A stretch of 63,218 nucleotides of DNA, filler included. It is 5 parts of 5 records of this genome, joined end to end, with 100 filler letters (N's around TTAATTAATTAA, not from the genome) between each part and the next. Parts side by side here need not be neighbours in the genome. Positions count along the whole stretch, not along the records: positions 1 to 12,917 come from SRR31156797_9741; 4 more parts are not named here. The stretch is one strand, 5' to 3'. Made by a program: the position numbers and the translations under genes. The stretch's first letter is position 1, and each line of letters begins with the position of its first letter. This document shows positions 1 through 9,900 of this stretch, one piece after another. The notes under the pieces are model-generated. The model made no database searches, was not told the origin of the DNA, and was given only the letters and a program-made list of their open reading frames with translations.

Positions 1-321
1 CAGGTTTTTGCCGATGTCGTGGAGGTCGCCCTTTACCGTACCGATGATCACGGAAGCGGCAGATCCACTATCGCTTTCGGAAAGCAGGGGTTTGAGAATC
101 TCCACACAGGCCCCCATGGCCTGGGCAGCCATGAGCACCTCGGGGATGAACATCTCACCGGATTCCATACGCTCGCCCACAATATCCATACCTGCGATGA
201 GCCCTCGGTTGAGGATTTCATCGGCAGGTACATCGGCGCCTAACGCTGCGTTTACCAGGTCAGTGAGTTTGGGGGCATCGCAGGCCACCAAGGCATCAGT
301 CATTGCATTAAATTCTGTCAT
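1..321 (-). CDS. Corrinoid (cobalamin-binding) protein of a methylamine methyltransferase system, MttC/MtbC-like; 3' end runs off the window
   Basis: Not in the ORF track. Manual translation from ATG 321 gives MTEFNAMTDALVACDAPKLTDLVNAALGADVPADEILNRGLIAGMDIVGERMESGEMFIPEVLMAAQAM...VIIGTVKGDLHDIGKNL, i.e. the B12 cap domain plus the DxHxxG motif. A GGAAGGAA RBS lies upstream. Confidence 0.95.
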   Translation of the reverse strand, partial: MTEFNAMTDALVACDAPKLTDLVNAALGADVPADEILNRGLIAGMDIVGERMESGEMFIPEVLMAAQAMGACVEILKPLLSESDSGSAASVIIGTVKGDLHDIGKNL

Positions 322-370
322 TTTGTTTCCTTCCTTTCTATTATCATTCAACGAATTTCAACATTTATTT

Positions 371-1783
371 TCAATTGTTTTCAGGTACCATATATGACCT
401 GAGCACAGGTATCTTACTGGCCAGGTAGTAGGCGGATGCGGTCGTAATTACAGACCAACCAGTGGCTGTGCAGATATAAAATACTTTTTGTTTGGGAATG
501 ATGTTCACCGAATCATAGCACATGACATAGGAGATCACCCCAAGGGCAAAGCAGGCAAGGGAGATAAGGTTGAATCCACCGGTATAATAATACCTGCGGT
601 TGCCTTCAACCATGTAGGCATCCCTCATGGATATTTTCTGGTGCCGGACCAAAAAATAATCCGTAAGAATAAGGGCCAGGATGGGTCCCACAATCACCCC
701 CACAACCCCCAGAAAGGTATTGTAGTATTTCCATATACCGCCCCAGAACAGCAGGACCAGGATAAAGGAGGCCCAGCCCAGGCAGACCCATTTGAATTCT
801 GCTGTGGGCTTAAGGATCTTTGAGCTAACCGTCACACTATAAAGGTCAATGGCTGTTGTGGTGACATTGGCAATGGCCACCACAAAAACAGACATGAGCC
901 CCAGGTACGCTCCCCCGAGGCTGATGAGCCATTCGGTTGGATCCAGGCTGACTGCGCCGGTCTTGGCGGCCATGACCAGGCCGGTCATGCCCCCCAGGAT
1001 GACAAAACCTCCCATGATGATGCTGAACCCAAGTACATGGCTCCAGTATGATATCCTTTCTGATTTGGCAAATCTGGGGATCACCCCCAGCACGGATATC
1101 CATGCCAGTACATAGGCCAGGTTCCACTCCACGGCAATGGTATAGGGTGCTATATAGGATGCCGCATCAATGGGCTTCAGGTTATTCAGCCCGTTCCAGG
1201 TCATATTCTTGAGCAGGAGGACCATCATGATACCCCCCACGGCCAGGAGGCTGGGCACCATGATACGGGTGGCCCATTTCACCACTATGGGTCCCCTGAT
1301 GGCCAGGGCTGTGCCGATGACCACGCAGGTGGATCCCAGCCAAGGGATCCAGTCTTGCGAGATGTCAAGGCCCCCGGCCGCCAGGATCTTTATGAATGAA
1401 TTGGCATATAATTGGGCATTAATGGCCGAATACCCCCATCCGGAAATAAAGATAAGCAGGGTCATGATGACCATGCCGGTCTCCCCGAAAATTGCCCTCA
1501 TAAAAAAAAACACATCCATGCCGTGGCGGCATGAGATGATGGTCAGGGTATAGGCAAAGAGCCCGCCCAGGACATATACAAACAGGGTTGAAAAAACCAA
1601 TTGCTTGAAACTAAGCATAGAGGCCAACCATCCGCCCTGGACATAGCACCAGGAGGCAATGGCATATCCGCCGGTGAGCCATACCATGTCCCAGAAGGAA
1701 TAGATGCGTTCCCCCGGGGTGTTCAGGGTGGGGATGGTGCCGAAAAACGCCTCGCTCATTGCTTTTTGATTTACATTACTCAT
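371..1783 (-). CDS. NCS1 (purine-cytosine permease) family transporter
   Basis: About 12 hydrophobic segments and NCS1-like motifs (WCYVQGG, DYFLVR, YYYTGGFN). Start moved to ATG 1783, which follows a GGAG RBS. Confidence 0.8.
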   Translation of the reverse strand: MSNVNQKAMSEAFFGTIPTLNTPGERIYSFWDMVWLTGGYAIASWCYVQGGWLASMLSFKQLVFSTLFVYVLGGLFAYTLTIISCRHGMDVFFFMRAIFGETGMVIMTLLIFISGWGYSAINAQLYANSFIKILAAGGLDISQDWIPWLGSTCVVIGTALAIRGPIVVKWATRIMVPSLLAVGGIMMVLLLKNMTWNGLNNLKPIDAASYIAPYTIAVEWNLAYVLAWISVLGVIPRFAKSERISYWSHVLGFSIIMGGFVILGGMTGLVMAAKTGAVSLDPTEWLISLGGAYLGLMSVFVVAIANVTTTAIDLYSVTVSSKILKPTAEFKWVCLGWASFILVLLFWGGIWKYYNTFLGVVGVIVGPILALILTDYFLVRHQKISMRDAYMVEGNRRYYYTGGFNLISLACFALGVISYVMCYDSVNIIPKQKVFYICTATGWSVITTASAYYLASKIPVLRSYMVPENN

Positions 1784-1821
1784 AGATAAAAACTCCGACA
1801 AATCATTATAGTGATCCGGTC

Positions 1822-2055
1822 TTAAAAACTTCCCCCGAAAAGGATCAGTCCAGCCATGAGGCAGGCCAGTCCTACAGCAAAGAAGATATCTGCTTTGTTG
1901 AATCTTTTAACCCTTTTGTAATCCGGGCATTCAATAATTCTTATACGCCGCAGGATCTCTTTTTCCAGGGTTTCCCGATAATTTTCACTAAGGATCTGCT
2001 CTGTTTCACCTGCCGGATCTGGTTCCGCCGTCATCAGGTTCTGGTCAACGGTCAT
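1822..2055 (-). CDS. Small membrane protein with a single C-terminal TM helix, putative permease partner
   Basis: 77-aa ORF in the operon orientation, with a GAAAGGAAG RBS, a charged N-terminus and a hydrophobic C-terminus (IFFAVGLACLMAGLILFGG). Confidence 0.65.
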   Translation of the reverse strand: MTVDQNLMTAEPDPAGETEQILSENYRETLEKEILRRIRIIECPDYKRVKRFNKADIFFAVGLACLMAGLILFGGSF

Positions 2056-2117
2056 ACATTCTTCCTTTCGACGCCTGCAGCCATCCGTATAAAGGCCAGG
2101 CGCAGGCGGTTTTGGGT

Positions 2118-3482
2118 TCAGACACTGTCTTTTAAAGCATCCCGGCGTTTATCTTCCACATGCACCCTGTACCAATAAAGGGGAACGGCAATCAGGGTGG
2201 CTCCAACCCCGTACATGATATTTTTCATGCCATAGGGAATAGTGCCCACAATGAGCAGGGAAAGATAGAAGAAAGCAGCCACCACACTCAGGCCGCAGAT
2301 GATGGCCGGGGTTTTATAGGGTCTGGGCATGTCAGGAAAATCCAGGCGCATGACCGGAACGGCAAGGCCGGCAAAAAAGACCATTAAAAAGTAGGAGATT
2401 CCACCGGCAACCACCATAAAGGTGGGCTGTTCCCCGCCTGTGGTGATGAGGAATACAAAATTAACAATATAGATGGATGCAACCGCGGTAAAGGGGACCT
2501 GGTTTCTATTGAGCTTTCCAAAGCACCTTGGCATGAGCCCGCTCTGGGAGGCTTCATACAGCACCCGTGATGCCGGCAAAAAGCAGGCATTGGTGCCGAT
2601 GATCAGGCCCAGGATGAGGAAGACGCCAAACACTTTTGTAAATATCGGGCCATACACCGCATCGGCCAGGGGCAGCAAGGGGGTGTATGGGTCGTTGAGC
2701 ACCACATCCAGGGGGAGGTACCAGGTCATGGCACTGCAGATGGCCAGGGTCATGATCACCATGACAAAGGCAGAGGAACCCAGGGCCTTTTTGGTATCTT
2801 TTTCCGGATTTTTGTATTCTGCGATGAGGGTGAGAACCGCTTCCATGGAAGCGGCAGACCAGCCAACCAGAAAACATGAACTCAAAAAGATGGCAAAGGG
2901 ACTGCCGCTGCCGGCATTGATCTGGACGGCTGAAAAATCAGGGAACAGGGCAGGCAGCTTAAAGAAGGCCCCTATAATCACCATGAGGGTCAGCCCAAAA
3001 AGAATAAACATCAGACTCTGGATTTTTTCGATGATATCCACGCTGATCAGGTTGATCCCAAATACTAAAGTCAGGATAACAATGGCCACATAATTTAAAT
3101 AGGCGTCGGGAAAGGGTATAAAATACTGGATAAAGTAACTTGCAAAGGCTGCAATGGCTCCCACGGCAAGGCCCCAGCCCGTTACATATCCCCATTGGGA
3201 GATCACGGCAAAAATGGGATGCCGTTTCTTAAAGCCTTCAATAATGCAGGTGGCCAGCCCCCCTGCCTTGTCCGGAAACATGAGCAGGATTTCCAGGGAG
3301 GCATAACTGATGGCGGCAATGGCAAGTACCGTACACAGCCAGGACAGGGGAGCCCATACTCCCACTTTTTCCACCGCAGGACCGCTCAGATAGGTCCAGT
3401 CCAGGATACCGCTTAAAATAATGGTCAGGCCCAGTTTCCAGGTTGCACTTCGTTTCAATTGGGTCGTACTTATATCACTCAT
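2118..3482 (-). CDS. APC-family amino acid/amine permease
   Basis: 454 aa with about 12 TMs and APC signatures (FPDKAGG, AEYKNPEKD, ASRVLY, MPRPYK). Confidence 0.88.
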   Translation of the reverse strand: MSDISTTQLKRSATWKLGLTIILSGILDWTYLSGPAVEKVGVWAPLSWLCTVLAIAAISYASLEILLMFPDKAGGLATCIIEGFKKRHPIFAVISQWGYVTGWGLAVGAIAAFASYFIQYFIPFPDAYLNYVAIVILTLVFGINLISVDIIEKIQSLMFILFGLTLMVIIGAFFKLPALFPDFSAVQINAGSGSPFAIFLSSCFLVGWSAASMEAVLTLIAEYKNPEKDTKKALGSSAFVMVIMTLAICSAMTWYLPLDVVLNDPYTPLLPLADAVYGPIFTKVFGVFLILGLIIGTNACFLPASRVLYEASQSGLMPRCFGKLNRNQVPFTAVASIYIVNFVFLITTGGEQPTFMVVAGGISYFLMVFFAGLAVPVMRLDFPDMPRPYKTPAIICGLSVVAAFFYLSLLIVGTIPYGMKNIMYGVGATLIAVPLYWYRVHVEDKRRDALKDSV

Positions 3483-3556
3483 AACTCATTCCTGTATATG
3501 TTTTAGGATCTACCCCTCCTTGGGGAACCCCGTGAAGGGGCAGACCTGTTCAGGGG

Positions 3557-5017
3557 TTATTCCATACTTTTCAATAGTTTATCAAACTCCTGGGCCAATC
3601 CCGGCTCAAGGGGATCGGGCCTATAGTTTTCATACAGATCCACGGCCTTTTCCAAAGCCTGCTGCCGGATATCTTTGGCGCCCTCAGATTCCCATTTTTC
3701 CCGGTTCATCCGTGTCAGCAGATCCGGCTGGATCTGTTCCTTGCGCATATATTTCAAGGTATGGGGATCTGCAAGGAAGTGTCCGCCCACCCCTGTTTTT
3801 TCAATCACCTCAAGTGCGATGGTTTCATCCGTCACCTCTACGCCCTGCACCGTCCGTCTGATCATCCTGATCAAGTCGTGGTCCAGGAGAAGCTGGGGAA
3901 AACTGAATCCCATTCCCATGTCAAGCATACCGGCACCGTAAATGATGTTGGCACCTGCCAACGCCGCCATTAGTCCGGTTATTGTCTTTTCATGGCCTGC
4001 CTGGGCATCACTGATTTTGGCGTCTGCCTACAATCCACCGACCAGAGAGGGCACATTGTAGAATTTGGCCATCTGTGCCAGAGAGGCATTCAAAAGACCG
4101 AATTCAGGTGCGCCCACTGTGGCTGCACTATATCTCATATCAAAGGTTGTGGTGGAAGACCCGTAATAAAACTGGGTGCCAGGCGCTGCCAATTGGGTGA
4201 GGACCAGACCGGCCAGAACTTCGGCATTATGCAATGCCACGGTTCCGGCAAGGGACATGGGGCTTGTGGCCCCGGCCATGGCCATACTCAGGACACAGAC
4301 AGGAATACCATACTGGGCCGCAAGAACGATGACTTCAGTGGCTTCCGGGGGGAGGCGCAAAGGAGACACCGGGCAGACCCCAAAAGAAAAAATAGGCCTT
4401 TCTTTTAACTCTTTTGTACCGCCTGCCACCATCTCCGCCATTTTAATCTGGACAGAAGCCATTTCCCTGCCCTGACCGTCTGCCCAGAAATGTTTGGATG
4501 AGTTCTTGAACCCTGCGGCTGTGGCATAAAGATCCACCAGATGTTCGGGTACATCATGGGGAGCCAGAACCGCCAGGTTCATGTCCAGGTGTTCCAGGGC
4601 ATCGCAGACCCGCATGGCGTTTTCAAGATCAGCCAGGGTGGACTGGCGTATTTCTCCGGTATAAATATCCTCCATTTGAAGGCCCACGCCAAAGGGGATA
4701 AAACTGATCCTGTTTTCCCCGGCCAAAAAATCATTCTTGGGGTTCCTGGCCTTAAAAGCCACATGGGGCGGGGTCTTTTTAGTACAATCTTCAACCACAT
4801 GGGGGGGGATGAATACTTTTTTGCTTGCCTCTTCTACCCTGCAGCCGCCGTCAGCATATATGCCCCGGGCGTCGTCATCCAGTATTTCCACACCCACGTG
4901 CTGAAGGATATAGAGGCTGGCATTGTGCATCCGCTCTATTTCCTCCTGGGTGTACATGGAGATACTGCATCCAAGCTGCTGGGAAAAGGCATTCTCCAGC
5001 CTGTTACTGCCGATCAT
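3557..5017 (-). CDS. mttB: Pyrrolysine-containing trimethylamine:corrinoid methyltransferase (in-frame TAG at 4028-4030), 486 aa
   Basis: ORFs 4028-5017 and 3557-3970 are in the same frame, separated by one TAG plus 19 sense codons. Read-through gives [43 protein letters not shown], matching the Pyl context of methanogen MttB. Confidence 0.93.
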
Positions 5018-5064
5018 TGATCTCCTCCTTTTTTATGATTAATGAATACAGTGATTGTCACGGG

Positions 5065-6531
5065 TTATGCCACGGCCCGGTCCAGAAGCTCCTTGTCGGC
5101 CGCTGCCATGATGCCGTCCAGTTCCTGTGATGCCTCCGAAGACAACTGGGGCGGCTGGTGGTTTTCCAATATCCATCTGGCCTTTTCCACAGAGGCCTCT
5201 ATGATATCCCTGAACCGCTTTTTTGGGGCGTCCCACTGGTAGCGGATATTATTTTGCCAATAATTGCGGAGATTCATGGCCGACCAAGAGCTGGCAATAT
5301 AGGAACCGCCGGTTCCCACGCCGATGATTTCTTCCACAGCCGCATCAAGGTTGTCAAAATCAAGCCCCTGGGCGATAGCAGCGATTTCACCGTTTATGTA
5401 ATCATCAATGACAAAACGCTGGGGGTAACAGAGGGTATCGTTATCAGTGAGGCCGAAATTCAGGATCATATCCGGACCGGTAAAATAGCAGAGCAGTGCG
5501 TCGATGGAGAGATCATGCCCCATTTCCAGGCAGTTCAAAGGTATGTTTTCATCCACTCCCCCGTATCCACTTACCGACGGCATGCCGTAAAAATGGGCCA
5601 GCTGGGTGGGGCAGGTATTGAGCAGGGGCTGGTTGGGGGTGGAGGACAGACAGGCGCCAGTATAGGGATTCATTGATGTGGAAAACAGGGCATAGTAGAC
5701 CCCGGTTCCCGGGTACATCAACTGGATCAGGCAGTTAAGACTGAGGATCTCGGCATTGCCTAGTGCGATGTAGCCTGACTGGGATGAAGGCGCAGTGCCG
5801 CCTACCAGGGGCATGGTGGCAATGCCCAGGGGGAGACCTGCTTCGGCAAATATCATGGCACTGTCAATGGTGTCCTTTTTCTGGACCAGGGGAGAAACCG
5901 GGCAGGCCAGGTAGCTCACCGGAGGATGGGCCCTCATATATTCCTCTGAGCCTGACACCACCTTTGCCATTTCAACGATATACCGGGCCTGCCTAGGATC
6001 TGCGCAATTGATTATTTCCACATGCTTGCCCGTATTCCGAAAGGCAGCTTCTGCCTCATGGAGGTTGATGGTCTGCTTGGGCTTGTCCACGGCGGAAAGA
6101 ATGGTCCAGTAAATATTATTGCTGTCAAAATAATCTGCCAGCCTGGCCATGTCACCCACATCCTTTTTGGTGGCATCCCTGGGTTCTCCGGTTTTCAGGT
6201 CCATAATCCGAGATGCGCACCCAGAGGTGCTGGTATAGGTTGTACCGTCACCAAATTCAAGGTCATAGGCTTCTCCGCCCCGGCCGCCCTTAATATAGGT
6301 TTTGGGATTTTTCTTTAAGCATTCCCATATAAGGTCTTCTGATATTTTTACATTCTGCTTTTCAAAATCCACCTGGGCCCCGGCCCGGGCAAACACATTG
6401 AGGTATTCTTCCGAAGGCAGATGAATTCCGGTTACGGATAATATCCTCATACTGGCCTGATGGAGCTTTTCAATCTGGGATTTACTGAGAAGATTAATAC
6501 GGTTTTCCGGATTGATTTTTAATCGTTTCAT
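5065..6531 (-). CDS. Non-pyrrolysine MttB-superfamily (trimethylamine/quaternary amine) corrinoid methyltransferase
   Basis: 488 aa with MttB motifs (LHQASMRILSVTG, CPVSPL, PLVGGTAP, GNAEIL). Gly aligns to the Pyl position (PSVSGYG-G-VD). Confidence 0.88.
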   Translation of the reverse strand: MKRLKINPENRINLLSKSQIEKLHQASMRILSVTGIHLPSEEYLNVFARAGAQVDFEKQNVKISEDLIWECLKKNPKTYIKGGRGGEAYDLEFGDGTTYTSTSGCASRIMDLKTGEPRDATKKDVGDMARLADYFDSNNIYWTILSAVDKPKQTINLHEAEAAFRNTGKHVEIINCADPRQARYIVEMAKVVSGSEEYMRAHPPVSYLACPVSPLVQKKDTIDSAMIFAEAGLPLGIATMPLVGGTAPSSQSGYIALGNAEILSLNCLIQLMYPGTGVYYALFSTSMNPYTGACLSSTPNQPLLNTCPTQLAHFYGMPSVSGYGGVDENIPLNCLEMGHDLSIDALLCYFTGPDMILNFGLTDNDTLCYPQRFVIDDYINGEIAAIAQGLDFDNLDAAVEEIIGVGTGGSYIASSWSAMNLRNYWQNNIRYQWDAPKKRFRDIIEASVEKARWILENHQPPQLSSEASQELDGIMAAADKELLDRAVA

Positions 6532-6607
6532 TTCGATTTCCTTTTGGGTTTGGCATTGTCAAATTTTCAGGTATTGAATTATAATTCATGCATTGATCAG
6601 TCTAATT

Positions 6608-6624
6608 TGCACTAAGTGTGCCAA
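6608..6624 (-). promoter_or_regulatory. Sigma54 (-24/-12) promoter for the mttB operon
   Basis: Minus strand TTGGCACACTTAGTGCA has exact GG-N10-GC spacing, lies about 77 nt upstream of the first mttB start, and sits next to a divergent bEBP gene. Confidence 0.85.
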
Positions 6625-6651
6625 TCATATTGGTTCTTATTTTTATAATAT

Positions 6652-6664
6652 TATCAAGTAGTTA
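6652..6664. promoter_or_regulatory. IHF binding site
   Basis: TATCAAGTAGTTA matches WATCAANNNNTTR exactly. It has an AT-rich flank and lies between the sigma54 promoter and the candidate UAS. Confidence 0.7.
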
Positions 6665-6720
6665 TAACTACAACATCTGTAGAATTATTGCTATTTCCCA
6701 GTCTGGATCATGAAGAAGGT

Positions 6721-6732
6721 GCGAAATATCGC
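6721..6732. promoter_or_regulatory. Candidate upstream activator sequence for the bEBP
   Basis: Palindrome GCGA-AATA-TCGC about 100 nt upstream of the -24 element, a typical UAS distance. Confidence 0.4.
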
Positions 6733-6807
6733 CCCTTAGAATAAACATGCGGTGTCAATGCCTAAATTATGCCATTGAGTACTATTGGGCAGTGTTATCA
6801 TTTTAGT

Positions 6808-6836
6808 TTGACTTAAAACGACAGGAGGGGTACAAC
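6808..6836 (+). promoter_or_regulatory. Putative sigma70 promoter of the regulator gene
   Basis: TTGACT-17 nt-TACAAC about 100 nt upstream of ATG 6934. Confidence 0.45.
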
Positions 6837-6852
6837 CGATACGTCCTATTGA

Positions 6853-6896
6853 GGTGTGAAATAAAGCACCTATTTAATTTGCGGGTGTGAAATAAA
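6853..6896 (+). repeat. 13-nt direct repeat GGTGTGAAATAAA x2, each copy forming a hairpin
   Basis: Copies at 6853-6865 and 6884-6896, closed by AGGTG/CACCT and GGGT/ACCC stems. Confidence 0.7.
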
Positions 6897-6933
6897 ACCC
6901 CGGGTCCCCTACCTGGTTTGTGAAGAGAGTTCG

Positions 6934-9900
6934 ATGGAAATAAATAGTTTTAAACTCATAAAAACAATTCTGACACGGCATTCGTTTCAATTTTCAATTG
7001 GATACAAACTGCCCCAGAAAAAAAAATTTCTGGTAAAAACCATCCAAAAGAAAAAAGCACCGTTAACTATAAAGGAAAATCTCCTCAATGAAATCAAGGC
7101 GTCTGACAGCCATAAGATTAAAGACATTCTCTGCCCGGCCGCCATCCTGGAAAATGCAGAGGTTATAGGTGCCGCATACAAAGAGGCCCATCTGGTCCCT
7201 TTGTCCCTTGAGCTTGAAAAGGGAAGCCAGCCTTTGCTTTCTGCTTTGGAAACCGGGTTCAGGATTTCAAAAATTTTATCAAAGCTGCACAGCCAGGGGT
7301 TTATATTCCATGACCTATCTCCGGATACCATCTGGATTGACCCGGAGGGAGAGCTGTTAAAACTCATGGATGGCGGCAGGGCCTCTGACCGACCATATTC
7401 ACCGGATCAAAACCAAACAAACCGGATTTCATATTGGATGTACAAATCTCCGGAACAGGCCGGCCGGCTTCAAGCCCGGATTGATAGAAGAACGGATTTC
7501 TATTCCCTGGGTGCAGTCCTGTTTTGCCTCATTTCAGGAGCCCCCCCTTTCAACGGCAAGGATGCCCTGGAATTAATCCACAACCACATGGCCCGTCAGA
7601 CACCTGATTTAAAAACACTTTGCCCTTCAACCCCGGACATGGTGATCAGGATTATCGCCAAGCTCATGGAAAAAGCCCCGGACAACCGGTATCAGAGTGC
7701 GGACAGCATCATGGTGGACCTGAAGCGCTGCCTGACTGCCCTGGAAAAATCGGACAAGATTCCCTGCTTCAGGCTTGATGTGCTCAAAACCTCTCATTTA
7801 TTTGAATACCCTAAAACTTTATTTGGACGGGACCACCACCTTAATCAGCTCCTTTTATCCTTTGACAGGAGATCCGGGAAAGACTGCGGCCTGGCAATGG
7901 TCTCCGGGGGATCTGGTGTGGGAAAAACCGCCCTGGTAAAGGCCTTTGAAAAAAAACTGGATCAAGATCAGGGATATTTTGTGAGCAGCAAATGCGGAAC
8001 CACCACCTCATCAATCCCCTACAGCGGGATCATCGGTGCCCTTGAAAAAATCGCCCGCCGCATTCTCATGGAAACCGATGAATCATATATGGCCCTGGCC
8101 CAGGCCCTTACCGAATCCCTTGGGAAAAACATCGGGGTCATCACTCATTTTATTCCACAGTTCAGGCCTGTCCTTGGTGAGGTTTTTCCGGTTTCAGATG
8201 TCCAGGTACTTGAATCCAGGAACCGGCTTCACCAGTGCATCCAAAAAATCATCCGGGTGATCTGCAGGCACAAGGCCTTCCTGGTCCTGTTTATCGATGA
8301 TCTGCAATGGGTGGATCAGGCATCCCTGGATTTGATGCGCAGCATCCTCAACAGCCGGATAGACGGCCTGTTCTTCATCGGGGCCTACCGGGAAAATGAA
8401 GTTCCTTCCACCCATATTCTTAAGCAGACACTGGCCCAGATAAAAGGTTTCCGCCCCTCGGTTGATACCCTGGCACTCCAGAACCTGGACCATAAAGATA
8501 TAGAAGATATTCTCAAGGCCGCCCTTAAGCTGGAGGAAAAGGATATTGTATCCCTGGCAGGAATCACCCACAGAAAAACCAACGGCACCCCCCTGGTTGT
8601 AAAAGAATTTATTGATCTGCTGGTCAGGGAAAATCATATCTTTCTGAACAATAGAATGGCCTGGGAATTTAATCCGGACAAAATTGAGGCCCTGGGCATT
8701 AACAAAGACCTTGACCTCCTGGCCTGCCAGAAGCTGAGACGGCTGCCCAAAGAGGTCCGGCATACGGTTTCCATTGCCGCAGCCATTGGAAATACCTTTG
8801 ACCTAAAAGAACTGGCCGTCTATGAGGGCACCGGCCTGGACACCATCCAGCAACACCTTCGAACCGCCTGCAGAAAAAATGTACTGGTATCCTTGGGTAA
8901 AGGCCGATACCGGTTTGACCACGACCGGCTCCAGGAAAATGCCTATCGAATGATTCCTGAAGGATCCAGAACAAGGGTCCATATCCGCCTGGGCAACTTC
9001 CTTGCCAAGGATATGCCCCATGACAATAACCGGATTTTTCAGCACATTACCCATCTGAATACCGCCCACCACCTGGCCAGCAATGACCTGGAAAAAGGAG
9101 AATTGGCCAAATTGAATCTCGATGCCGGCATCCAGGCCAAAAAGGTGGCGGCCTTTACCGAGGCCTTCCGGTATTTTTCCATCGGCATTGAGGTGCTGGG
9201 GGATCTGGGCTGGGCAGATCACTATGACCTGTCCATGGATCTGAGTTACCAGGGGGCCGTGGCCGCCTATTTAAGCGGAAGCTTTGAAGATTCCGGCAAA
9301 TTATCCAGGTCCATCATAGAAAACGGAAACACCCAGACCGATAAAATCAGGGGATACGAGGTCCAGGTGGAATCTGCGATTTTTATGAACAAAACGGACC
9401 AGGCCCTTTCCATACTGCTGGAAGCCTTAGGCATGCTTGGTATTTACCTTTCCCTGAACACAACCAAGTCCCAGGCCAGGAAAGAAATTGTAAAACTAAA
9501 ACCTGTTGCCCAACAGCTTTTGAAAGCCCCCTGCGTTCAGGCAGATCCATCCGCGGATATAACCCACCAGACCATCATGCGCCTGCTTCTTCACGGCGCC
9601 AGGGCCACTGGGTGGATTGATTACCCATTGTACTGGAGCATGGTGGGGAAAATGTTGAAAATCACCCAGGCCAGGGGCTTTTTTGAGGAGTCTGTATTCG
9701 GTCTGGTTGCGGCCGGCGGTACCTTCTGTCATCTTTTGGAAGAGTATGAACTGGGTATCAGTCTTGCCGAATACGGATATGATTATATGCGCCGGTATAA
9801 CATTAAAACATGGGACATAGACGCACAGGTATACCTGCATGAAGAGATCACCTGCCTGAAAGAGCATCCGGATGTGGCCGTGAAACAGCTCACCGCCCTG

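Noticed and set aside
8-397. Plus-strand 129-aa ORF
   Set aside because: Antisense shadow of the corrinoid protein gene.
3940-4027. PYLIS-like hairpin downstream of the amber codon (GTTGGCA-CC-TGCCAAC near 3946-3961)
   Set aside because: The short stem can be explained by the conserved LAGAN coding sequence, and PYLIS is not established as required for Pyl insertion.
4028-4030. TAG read as a nonsense mutation making mttB a pseudogene or two genes
   Set aside because: It falls exactly at the conserved pyrrolysine column, with intact downstream motifs and no other lesion.
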